DNA of 63,592 nucleotides, counting the filler, from Pelomyxa schiedti (lineage: Eukaryota > Protista > Evosea): the NCBI GenBank assembly GCA_020536535.1. It is 6 parts of 6 records of this genome, joined end to end, with 100 filler letters (N's around TTAATTAATTAA, not from the genome) between each part and the next. Parts side by side here need not be neighbours in the genome. Positions count along the whole stretch, not along the records: positions 36,199 to 48,610 come from JAHLWZ010000345.1; positions 48,711 to 50,270 come from JAHLWZ010002420.1; 4 more parts are not named here. One strand, 5' to 3'. The position numbers and the translations under genes are program-made. The notes beneath the pieces are model-generated. The model was not told where the DNA came from, did not search any database, and worked only from the letters and a program-made list of their open reading frames with translations. Below, in pieces: positions 37,071 to 48,869 of the stretch. The first letter of the stretch is position 1, and each line of letters begins with the position of its first letter.

Positions 37071-38659
37071 TCTACTTTAAATATCGACGGACTCGAAGTT
37101 CCTTGGCAATTAATTGAAGATGTCTATGCCACAGAACACGTTTTGGCTGAACAAAGTGCCGTTTTTACCTCCCAAACACCACTGGAGGTACAATCTAAGC
37201 ACCAAAGTGTTTACGCCAAGATGGACGAAGTTCAGAGTACAACTTCCTCTACTGTAGGAGATGCACACTTGTTATCTAAAGCAGGTGTGTTTTACATCTT
37301 CCCTGCTACGTTGTGCCTAATCCCTTTTAATTAAGAGATGCTTTTGATTAGTTCTGATCACCCATGGGAGCATATTGTAGAAGCACTTAAACAATTCGAC
37401 GAAGAGTTCTTTCCTGACAAGGGGTTTTGTGAAGCACTCCTGACTTTTCCCCTCCAGGAGATTTCTGTAATACCTAGCTGTTTTTGAATTTTAATCACGA
37501 TTATGCAGGGGAAACCAATTCCAAAGGGTCAAGCGGACATACCAACAGAGTTCCTTTTGGCTGTACGTACGAGAGTTCAGTAGGAATGCCACTGAAATAC
37601 CACAGCTTTCACGTGTGGAAAGAATATCTGAACGCTTGCAGGTGATGGTATTGAGAAAGGAATATCCTTTGTTTGCTTCAGATCTGGAAAAAGTACGCCG
37701 ACTAAGTTTCAGTAAATCTAGGTCATTCCTGGAAATATAGGTTCTACAAAAAACCAAGCGGGGATGTGAAGTAATACTGGAAAGCGGCATCTTGAAACGA
37801 CTGCTTCTTATCATCCTCAAAATGGGCAATTTCTTGAATGAGCACTCCTCACAGCGACGAGGTGCTACAGCATTCAGGCTGCCTCTCCTGGCAGATGTAG
37901 GGCTACTGATCTCTTATTTTATTAACCCCTATTCCCAGTTGTTTGCAACAAAGCAACAAAATGGGAAAAACATCCTTCACTATATCTGTAATATGATCGA
38001 ATCTAATGATTGCTTTAATGACCTGAAATTGATACCTGAAGAACTGGAAAAGATAGACGTCACAAAATGTTACGAAAAACTGTCCTAGATTCCTTGTTGA
38101 TTCAAATTAGTACCCTTTTCTTTCGAGCAGCCAGATTTGCTGAAAGGGCACCTTCAAAAGATGAAAGCTTCATTCCTTGCTCTCAGTGAAGTGTTACCGC
38201 ACGTAGATTCATCCAGCAAGTTCTACACAACATCGTCTGTGTGTAAATCTCTTTTCCCTTCTAAAATAACCTACCCTCAGACGTTTATCCAAAAAGCATT
38301 AGAGGAAATCGACGGCTACATGGCCCGGAACACCGAAGTTGTTGGTCTATTAAACAAAGTTTCCAGGTTTCTTGCAGTAGAGCACCCAACTTTCTGGTAC
38401 ATATTCCATAAGTTTTCCCAGGATTACATGGTAAGCAATAAGCCCTAATCAAAAAACCACGAAACCGTAACACGATTCATAGCAAGCACTCCAAGAAACC
38501 CGGCAAGAGAATGCCATTCTGAAACAAGAAAAAGAGGAGGCACAAGTACTCATTTCACTCAGAATAACCACTTTGCTTACAATTCACCAGGCCGACGCCG
38601 TGGACCGTGTTGTCTGGAACATAATAACACCAGGCACATCCCACACCCACGGGCACTAA
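37071..38659 (+). CDS. Formin FH2-domain protein (5' part lost in gap)
   Basis: LKRLLLIILKMGNFLNEHSSQRRGATAFRLPLLAD-LFATKQQNGKNILHYI matches the FH2 post motif. The last exon (ADAVDRVVWN...GH*) is inferred from the GTAAGC donor at DYM; otherwise the stop is at 38448. Confidence 0.8.
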
Positions 38660-38959
38660 ATTCTCGCGAGCCCAAACAAGAAGAGTCACTTTCCGCGCAC
38701 AAAGCGTAGATTCCTTGAGCATTCCTGAAAACCCAGCTTTCGCCGAACGATAATTCGCAGTATTATTTAAATAAAAACCTCCGACAACACCGTAAGCAGA
38801 GTAGCTTTGGCCTCGTGTTGTTTAAATACGACCAAAACAACACAACTAGCAGTATTCGAATACCTAGAGGAGGACACTGCTTTTTTTTTTTTCGTTTCTT
38901 TTTTCGTAACTTGGTTGTTACGAACATATATTGACTCGTAAGAGAACGCCGTACTGGGA

Positions 38960-41148
38960 ATGGCGCGTGCTGCAATTGAAACAAAAAATGTTGTGCTGAG
39001 CATTCTTGGCATTGCACTGATGGCAATGAGTGGAGGAATTTTGTGTGACTTCACACCGCCTGCAATTGTGCCTCCTTATATGATAAACCCTGGAATTGGG
39101 TGGATGACCGTGGATATAGATATAGCTGTCATAACTGACGTTGATGCTACTACGAAGACTTGTGAATTCGATGGGTATTTTCCTTCGAATGTAATGGTCT
39201 ATTGGCCTACCTACAAGCTCTCTTTTTATCTTAATTTCTTTCCTCTACAGAGTGTTGACTTTATGGTGGGATGAGGAAAGAACTCTACCGTTTACACCAG
39301 GTGAGACTGACGAAGAAACTGGATTTGTAAGATCAAATAACCTTGACTGGAGTGACTCAAATGGTGCACTATCTGATGTGTGGAACCCTGCTTTGATGTA
39401 CTTTTTTCGTATATTCTCGTCTCTTCTGAAGTTCTCCCCTTAAGGTTACTCAATAAAATGGATGCGGAATTAACTGATGTATGTTCAAGTTATTTTTGGT
39501 TTCTATTTCTGAGCTTTCTTATGACCCAAGGAATCCATGCAAATAACAACGGCAGTCCCACCACTGATTACATACTCGGCCCGTGTACAGGGAAGAATAT
39601 ACGCACGTGATGTTCCTTTTGAGGTCCCTCATAACTACCCTTGTTAAAATATTTACATTTGTAGGATTTTCCTTTTGATTCTCCAGTCGTGTATTTGTCC
39701 TTCAGGTATTAGGAACTCTCTCTCTTATGAGCTACTAAGCACTTAATAGATCTCAAGATCAACGTGACATTGTGTGGACATATGATTACATCAAACACCG
39801 TCTTCCCACCTTGAGAGACTTTTTCCCTGAAGCACCAAATGACCACGAGTGTGCCTTGCGTGATTTTGTGGGGCGATATGCAGCTTAACCACTATGCCAG
39901 ATACAATATGGGTGAGTGGACTGCATATGATGTATTCACGCAGGATGAGTCCTTTGTCACTGGACTTGATGCTCGTGTTTACGTCTGCCTAAGAAGGAAC
40001 TCGGACCGATATGTGCTGAGAATTGTATTGCCAATCATATTGATTACTATTGCAAGCTTCGTGGTCTTCTTCATGGGAACTGATTGGAGTACTCGTGTGG
40101 GAACATCAAGTACAATGATGCTTGCTGTAATTGCCTTCCTATTTTTGGTTTCTTCCGAAGTCCCCAGTGGTATTTTTTCCTCTTTCTATTGAAGCCTTCA
40201 TTCGTGGTTCAGGTGCAATTCCAACAACCACTAAACTGGACAAATTCATTTTGCTCAATTTCTGCCTCATTTTTTTCACTAATCTGGAGAACATTATGGC
40301 GAAGGTTTACCATTTACGTATAATAGACAAAGAATTTACATCAGTTACAGGTTCTCCAACCGTCACACGAAGTTAAAGTGAGTAAGGAAATACCATTCAT
40401 TCGGAAACGGCTCGCAAAACTTCACACCAAAACCAGAGAGGGCATATTTCAGGATATCGAAATGATCACGGCACAAAAGAAAGCTGATGCAGACTTCTTG
40501 GAGGAAAAAAATGCAACCAAGAAGGAAGAGGAAGTAGTAAAGGAGGGAAAGAAAGAAAGGGATCCAGAGGAACCAGAAGCGGTACATGAAGACTCCGAGT
40601 CTCATCACCACAAGAGAAAGAAACACTCACATTCCACTGATGGAAGTGGCAGCAGCGACGAAAAAGGCAAGAAGCGCAAGCACCGACGTGATAAGAAGAA
40701 GAAGCACCACCACGAAGAGGAAGAGAGCGGGAAGTCAACAGAAGAAGAAGGAGAGCCAATTGATGAAGGGTTGCAGTCTGAAATGATGAACATAGCCCGC
40801 TCCAGTTCAACTGGTGTAACAAGTACCGGAACTACACTATCTGTGTCACAGGCAAAAACAGCCAAGGCAGTGAAGGCAAAGAAGCAGCTTCTTCTTCTGG
40901 AGAGGTTTGTCTACTGGATTCACCCACTTGGGAAGTCTGGATGGGTCGACACATTCTCAAAAGTACTATTTCCTATAGTACTTATCATCGGAATTATCTA
41001 CTTCTGGGCTTCAAGTGTGAGAGATGACTGTCAGAGTAGAAAGAATGAAGTATTCCATCTATTTGCAGAGGACTACGGCTATGGGAAAGGACCATTTGAC
41101 TATCTGGAATATGATGGCTGGGACCAGTACTATTATTTATTTTTCTAA
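38960..41148 (+). CDS. Pentameric ligand-gated ion channel (Cys-less Pro-loop type)
   Basis: Signal peptide, then loop A VWNPALM-LLN and ITYSARVQGRIYARDVPFE-DFPFDSPVVYLSF. M1 LRRNSDRYVLRIVLPIILITIASFVVFF, M2 TRVGTSSTMMLAVIAFLFLVSSEVP, M3 LDKFILLNFCLIFF, M4 WVDTFSKVLFPIVLIIGIIYFW. Confidence 0.9.
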
Positions 41149-41267
41149 GTTCGGGATTAAAAAAACTTGCGCTCCTTTGTAAAAACTAAAGTTTTTTTTT
41201 TTACTATTCATTTCAAATGGGTAATCATAAAGAAAGAGGACATGTCTAATATTGGAGAGGAAGCGTT

Positions 41268-44200
41268 CTAGTGCTTCTTCTCCAGTGTCTCTACAACTTG
41301 TTCAAAACCTTTTGTTGAATTAGTAGTTAGATAGGGAATGTGTGAGCGACTTGGGCGTGCAGAGGGATCGTGAGCCCAACAATTCTCAATCAAATTGGCT
41401 ATTGGTTCTTTGATCCGGCTGAGAGACAATCTCTTGTGAAAGAAGTGGTTGTTAACAAAGGACATCTTGGAAAAGGAACAACCTTCCCGGAAAGAACAAA
41501 TGCGGTAACTTCTGCTTGAATGTGAGTTGGAGTAAAAGAAAAAATGAACATTACTCCACAGAGAATCAAAGTCGCTATAAGGCTCTTTCCCAGACATTAC
41601 CTGATAGCAAACAACTGCAAAACTACGGTATTTCAACTTCCCGAAAATATTGCCCAAACATAGAATAATTTCATATATAAGCACCTGAACAAATCGGCAC
41701 TAATCGGGCGAATAAGAAAAAGATGTGTGTAATTAATAAACGAACCTTTGTGTGTAATGACCTCCCTCAAGCATTTCCTGATGCCAGTAAATTAGGTGTA
41801 TTATTCTGGAAATAGAGCAGGGAAATACTTACAGGTGCACTGAATACTGGCGTCCCAACCTATGGTGATTTCTTAGAAATAGATATTTTTTCTACGGCTC
41901 ACCCCAGAAGTAAATGTTTGCGATGTAGCTTGTGTTACCCCTCTTGTGGTGCCAAAGTCTTCAGTTAAATTAGGAAGGAAAAACAAGCGGAGTTACGAAC
42001 CTGTAATCTTGCAATTCACAACTTCTGTGCGATCAAGAGAATAAACCTTCCAGTAGTTTGGTATCTTTCAAAGAAAAAACAAAACTGATAACTCAATAGT
42101 ACCAGTAGGTTATCAGTCTGCTTCACATGTTAGATAACAATCTTGGCAGTCATTATCTTTTCTTTCTTATACACTCCTTTATTTAGAAATATTGATAAGA
42201 GCAATAGCACACCTTCAAGTCGCGATGAATGATATGGCTTGAATGGAGGAAGGCCATTCCTTTTGCTCTTTACCAACGACAATTTATTTAAATTATATTT
42301 CAAATGCACACCTCTGGCACAGTCGAGTATGCACTTAATCTTCAATTTTGTGGAAAACTTGTGGTTTTTCATACAAACTCTGAGATTTCCAAGTGGGAAA
42401 AACTCCTGTGAGAACATTCAATTTTCTTCTATCGTCTTGGTTCATACAGTTACTATGGCAAGGTGCCCTGGACTCCGCACAGCACCGATAAAAGTAACAA
42501 TCTAGAAGATGGTCAGTGACTTGGCTGCGCTCATTTTTTGTGCAAACCTGAGGACATTTGAGGGCTTCCAGGGTTTGAACTTCGTTGTGGAACTCTTGAA
42601 ATTTATTTCCAGATTCTTGGTTCTGCCAAATTGGGTGCGTGGAATAAAACCAATCGAAGTACCTTTACAATTTTCACAGCTACCTCTTGTCCTCGCCTTT
42701 GAGCGTGAGCCAATGTTACCAAATTAAAAGAGTTTTTTATACCACGCAGCCTTGTAGACTATACCGTAAGAGCCCTCACCGATAGGTGGTTCTTCCAACT
42801 GTAGTGATGGTAAAAAAAACAAAAAAAAGTAGAATGCAGAACCATGAGTTCATTATAATCCAGACTAGTTGAAAGCCTTGACTCGAGTGCAACTTTTATT
42901 GGAATATACTCTACTGCATGTGAGACGCAGAAAGGAATCTTTTTTTTTACCTTTCTTTTCCTTTATTGTTGCCATAAGAATGATGTCTGTGTCTATTATG
43001 GTTGTGCATAGTACGGTGAATTTTACATCAATTGTTGTTTCTGTGTGCTTTGTTCTATTAGAGAGTCAATATTGCAAGAGACAACACACTCCAAGGAGTA
43101 CATCCTGTTCAGGTTCAAATTTGCAGGTGTATTTGTGGGATGTGGGTATCAGTAACTGATACTGAATTTTGCTTCGTGTAGGATTGAATATGGAAATGCT
43201 GTTGTCTAGTTGGGTTCCAACAGCAGCTTGACGAGTTCCCAGACCAAAATCTATCTTGAAAGTTGAAACCTAACCGGAAATATGAGTCCAAAGGGAGAAA
43301 AACTTGCAATTATACCTTTAAACAAAAGTCTGCAGGAGGCACAGGGCTGTTCAGGTGTTACAACTAAGGTGGAAAAAACGGAACAACCTGCAGGATTTGA
43401 GCAAGGGTGCGACTGCTTTATCAAACTGAGTGGTGGGTGACAATTCAACTAGCTCTACAGAAGCTTCTGGCTCCTCAAATGAAAATAATTCATCCAACGA
43501 TGCCGTGTATAGCTTTCTTAAGACCACCCAAAACGTAAAACTAAATATAGCAGATCAAGAAAGTCAAGTTACTTGTAGATAATAATTGCAGCAACAGTTC
43601 CACCAATTATCAATGCAGCCCCAACGGAAACAGGTACCGCAATTTCAATAGCCAGATAGGATTTCGGTTTGCAGGATTTTGAAGGTGCCGTTGTGTTCAA
43701 AACCACTCCTTCAAGTCTGTGAGGTTGCACTGTTGCACACAACTTTGGGGAAGAACTTCCCCCAGGAATCACGTAAACTTTTGTCCAGTGGTCAGTGGCA
43801 TTTGCAGCAGGGGCGGCCCATAATTTCCTGCAGTTCACATGATCCACACACAATGACCCCGAGTAGGCTTCCTCGGAGGTAAAACTGATGTCAGTTGGCT
43901 CACCAACCATTCTCTTCTCTGAATTAATTTCCCCTACAGTGAAAACGCCGTTGTCAGGGCCAATCCAAACGACGTCAAACAAGGTGCTCCCACAATCGCT
44001 TCCCGGCGGCTCGGCGGTGCCCACGGTGCCCACGCTGTCCCATAAGTCGAACAGGGTGGTCTGCTCGCTGCTCCTGTTATAAATAACCATCGTGGTCGGC
44101 TTTGTCCGCGGCTGGCTCGCAGCTATATATAGCTCCTGATCACAGTGGCTCCAGACGACGGCCGTTGGCTCAATTACCTGCTGAGCAGACGGGCCTGACC

Positions 44201-44642
44201 ACGAACGGACTTTCGTGGCTACGCAAACGGCGGTTCCGTCGTACGGCAGCGCTCCGTCTGCGACTGCGCTCAGATCCAGGACGTACATGTCAAAGTCGTA
44301 GAGGTTGGTGGCTCGGCAGCTGAGGTAGAGGCTGCGGTAGTCGTACTCGGCGGCGCCGGCGGAGCAGGGCCCGAGGATGGGGGGCGAGAGCATGCAGACC
44401 TGGCGCGAGTCGATTATGGGAGCGGTCCTGGGGTCCACGTCGTCACAGCTGGAAGGGACGTAGAAATCCACGAGGGCGTAGAGGGTAGTGTTTGAAGTGT
44501 TCATGTTCTTGCCGTCTTGGACTGCGAGGCCAAAGGCCCTCATCCGCGTCTCGCCTGAGGCGATGCACCCACAAGGCAATCCCACAATTACGATCATCCA
44601 CACAGCAGCAAAACACAGCACCGACGGGTACGCGGGCTCCAT
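41268..44642 (-). CDS. Single-pass transmembrane TKL-group kinase (Entamoeba TMK-like)
   Basis: Signal peptide, about 300-aa Cys-containing ectodomain, TM IEIAVPVSVGAALIIGGTVAAIII. Kinase motifs IGEGSYGIVYK, EFFPLGNL, HRDLK-TDNLL-VYSLDRTEVVNCKIT-DFG, GKEPY and CWAHDPSARPS. Confidence 0.88.
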
Positions 44643-45170
44643 GAGAATCTTTGAGTGAAAAACGGTTTTCGTTTCTCAGACATCAGAACCGGGAATTCGA
44701 TCGCACCTAACCCACAATGGCTCTCTGGCACCTCCGACAAAATGCGAACCGGGCAGAGATAGCAAAATCAGTTCTTGCGCTTGGGGTATTTCTACAGCTG
44801 ATGACCGTAAGGGATGGCGTAGATTTTTTGCTGATTGCAAACTAACTCCAATGCCTCGTGGACTCAGGCCACTGGCCAGTCCCAATTTTTGTAGCCTGTG
44901 TTACAGACACAGCTTTAAAAAAAAAAAAAAAGAAAAAAGAGATCAATTGGTACGCCGTGTCCAGACTTCCCAACCTTAACGAAAATGCTGGTTTTTGTGC
45001 GCAACGGTGGTTGGTGAGGATAGTCAGCAAAAAAGGGCACACTGCTTGTTCACGAAGATGGTGCCAGTCCTTCAGCCATAGTGTAGCAAGGAAAGTTCTA
45101 TTTCCAAATGTGGAAACATGGAAAACGGCACAGTGAAGAGTTGGGTCAAGAATCTTGGCACAGTGGTTTT

Positions 45171-48100
45171 TCAAAGTATTCCTGTCTCAGCTCCCTCCAC
45201 TTCAGCTAGTGTGGCAAAATCTGGGGTTTTTACGTCACCAACTTCGAATATCAGACATAGGCCATTGATATTGATGTCTGGCTCAGGTGCATGGAGATCC
45301 GTGTTAGTATCTGCGTGCTCGGTCTCTTTCTTGCTCTTCTTCTTCTTTGTGTTCCGAGGCTCATATAGAGGTTTTATTAAACGCAGCCCCTGTGCTTCAT
45401 TCGCTCTGACTTGGTAAATGGCCCCCTTTGTGTGAAGCTTGTATGGTTTTTTGTTCATGGCTCTCTGAAATATCAAACAAAGCTGCGGCTGTGGCGTGGC
45501 ATGATGACTGAATTTGCGCAAGACACTCTCTACTTTGGAGCTAACAAATTCGTCGCGGTCCTTTGCTTCAGCAATGATGTTTCCGCCCTTGATATCTATC
45601 ATGCATTTGTCGGCTGTCCGGATCAAGTTCTGCACGTGAAGGCCTGGAATTGTAGTCAAATACTTAGGAAATGGGTCATCCGTTGGAGAAAGGGCCGGTA
45701 TAATGATATCTTGCATGTTCTTTGGGATAACAGTCTGCTTCTTGAGTGCTGCCTCAAACTTGAGGGAATGGGTCAGACCATAGAGGTGATAAGCCAATGC
45801 AGTGAGATACGGGAGGACTTGTTGGCCCCCCAATCCCCCACGGTACGACGCTGCTGCAATGGCAACACCGGCATACTGCTCCAAAAGGGACCCGTCACTC
45901 TTTCCCCCCACCACACTCTGAGTAGATATTTTGGCTCTGAGCTGTTCCACTAAAGTGGGGTTGCTCCAAGCTTCGCAAAGAGGTATTCTCCTTTGTGCGG
46001 TAGCCAAGAATCCAGAGGTATTGTCTTTGAGTCCACAGAGTGATAAGAAAAGGAGTGGCTCAAGATTTATGCTGGGGAAGAAGGCAAACAGTGGTGCAGG
46101 AACGGCTTCCCGAGTGGACTCCTCCACAAGCATGTTATTATCACGCCAGAATTTGTATACAAGCTTATTCTGGTGGCTCTCCAGTCTCTTATTATTCTTC
46201 CCTTCGATGTACAGCTGCGCAAAATGTGCAGATATCACCCCCGACGCCCCTTTCATACGGGAGAAATACATCAGCACCTGACCGGCGCGACCCATATTTG
46301 TTTCATAAATGGTATCTTTTTTGGCAAGAACTCCTTCCCGTATGCCTGCAAAAAGGTCATCAAGAATTGCCAGTGGTGATAGTCCTTGCAGATCTGCAGA
46401 TGGGCATGATAACATAGTTTCCAACTGCCGGAACATCGCCAGAACAAACAGTCCTCTGCACGTGACAGCACAATGCTCCACAAATTGGGCAAGATGTTGG
46501 TCGATAGCCCGGCACTTTTCCAGAATTTCCGTGTAATTTGGAACTCTGGAGACTTGCAAAGTATTCACCGTTGGAGCAGAAGGCCTCACAAACAAATGAC
46601 ACCACAGGTAAGGCTTGTTTACGTCGGTGCAAGACGAACTGGAACTTAGCATATTTACTGCGCGAGAATTGGTGCCTGCCAAAATAACGGTCAGGTCTAA
46701 GGCCAGGCATAGATTTCTCATAAATGCCAAGTCTTCCTTCTGGTCTTTTCCAGGTATTTCGTCGATAAATATAACAGGTTTCTTGGGCAATGAGGACCAC
46801 TTTTGTAGAAATCTAGATCTGCTCATTCCTGCTGTGATTTTGTGGCTGATGTCCATCTCAAGAAGTGTATATGGAAGCCTCTGTGGGTAATATTCTTGCC
46901 TGCTTGACTTGCGTGAAGGTAAAGGGAGGGCATCTCGACTCCTGCGTTCGTTTGTAACGGGGTCCCACTCGATGCTGAAGCACCAGTCCAGCCAGGCGAT
47001 AGTCCAGAGTTCCCGTGACGCCCCAAATAAGACATTGCAATGGGGGAATCGGCCCTTCTTGTGAAGTTCCCCGGAATCTCTTGCCACACAATCACAGAAG
47101 GAAGCTGACAAAGGTGTAAAGCATTTATATATATCCTGTGTTTCCCCATCATAAACAAGGTATCTATTTGTGATGTTAGTGGAGTATTCCACGGGAAGAA
47201 AAACTCAAGTATGTGAATACAAACATTACGTCTTCATTCAAAGCAAAAGCAAGCTGTGTCTTTCCCATTCCGGAGGAACCATCCAGAATAATAAATGGTT
47301 TGTCTGTGTGCGGTGTGCACTTCAGTGTCTGCATATATGCTATTGATTTTTCCAGTTCAACCAACGTCTTATTGGAACCGGCCATCGCTCTCCCTGTTCT
47401 GTAATAGTGCTCAACTTCACTGGTGCTAGAATCTATATGAGCTGGGAAATAGGTGTGTAAATTTTCTCTTCTGACCACAAGCAGATTTACCATTTATCTC
47501 TATAGGAGGCTCCTTCCCTCTCATTGCTTCAATTAGTCTTAGGGACAAGTAGTGTGGGTTCAAATACACAGAGGCCTAAATAATGCAAGTCAGAAATATG
47601 AAAAACCTGGAGGAGGGTACGGACCTTGACGAGTAACTCATCGGAGATGCCACCTTCCAAAAGGCACCACTGAATGATTTGGTTGCACTCATCCATTGAG
47701 AGTTCCACAGTGTTTGTATTCAGAAATTGCTCTCCTGGCGGAACAGAAATCTCGCCATCTGAGCATATTATTGTCCTTCCAACTCTAGGTGGGGTGCCAA
47801 TGTCCTTCTCTCCACTTTCCACTGGGTGTTCCATCTTTCGCATGTCTTGCAGGTTTTTCGTCTTACTGCCACTTTGGCATGCAGTGCCTTGAACCAGTGC
47901 TGCTGTGGATTTTTTCATGGTTTTTGACTTTGCGCCTCCTGAGTCCAGCAAGTTGATTGGAGATGAAGGAGGAGTTTTCTTTGGTGTTTTTGCAGGCAGT
48001 GCATTGTGAGTGATCTTGGTGGTTGAGACGACGTTGCAATCCGCATCCTTATTTTCTTTCTCGGCCCTGTTAGAGCCAGTTGCTTGTTGTTGTTGTTGTT

Positions 48101-48610
48101 GGTTGCTGGTCACAAGAAATGTTGGAGACTTCTTGACAACAATTTCCAGCTTGCTTACAGTTGGGGGACCAACGTTGCTTCTGTCATTAGTGTCATTCGA
48201 TCGGCCGACAATTCTTTCGGCTGCTGTTGGCTTCTTTCCAGGTGTTGGTGATTTTTCCAAGGACAGAGCATGTGGGGGTGCAGTCTGCCTTTGCTGCCTG
48301 AGAGTTGATTTTACTGGAGGCAGCTGTTGAGTTCTGGGGGAGGACTTTGTTGTTTGCTTCAGAGCCCGTAGTTGTGGTTTACTAAACAAAGGGGTTTTTT
48401 TATCCCGTACAGCAGGACTCGTAGCAGCAGTGGACGTAACCAACGTGTCGGCGGCATCATCGTCGTCGTCATCATCACCTTGGTTCCGGCGGTCCTCGTG
48501 GCTGCTAATCCTGCTGTGGGGGATGGGCACGGAATGGTCGCCTTGCTGCTGCACTGTGTCGGTGTCCACCGCGACCACGGGTGTGGCGGCGACATCCTTG
48601 TCGTGTCGGG
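45171..48610 (-). CDS. Crinkler/CR-type protein: disordered N-terminus, P-loop NTPase and PD-(D/E)xK-like nuclease (5' end at contig join)
   Basis: ORFs 47529-48578, 47176-47493 and 45171-47192 join in frame through three GT-AG introns. Walker A PFIILDGSSGMGKTQLAF, Walker B PVIFIDEIP, LAFMRNL, LAGTNSRAVN, and nuclease-like RTADKCMIDIKGGNIIAEAKDR. Confidence 0.75.
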
Positions 48611-48710
48611 NNNNNNNNNNNNNNNNNNNNNNNNNNNNNNNNNNNNNNNNNNNNTTAATTAATTAANNNNNNNNNNNNNNNNNNNNNNNNNNNNNNNNNN
48701 NNNNNNNNNN
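48611..48710. other. Artificial join with TTAATTAATTAA linker
   Basis: Linker at 48655-48666. Confidence 0.9.
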
Positions 48711-48869
48711 GCGCTTGTGGGACGGCACCACCGCCAACTCGGGGACGACGACGATTTCCCACACCACCCGCGACACCATCAGCGTCCACGCAGCACGGTT
48801 CTCCATTGGCGCAAATGACTAATGAATGATGACATAAATAAACAAATCAAGTTGGTTCCAGGCGGGCCA

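Noticed and set aside
44710-44860. Second DUSE-like 8-mer (ACCCACAA) followed by TGATGA...CTGA as a possible snoRNA
   Set aside because: An 8-mer with four variants is expected several times by chance in 63 kb. The box C-D spacing is too short and there is no terminal stem.
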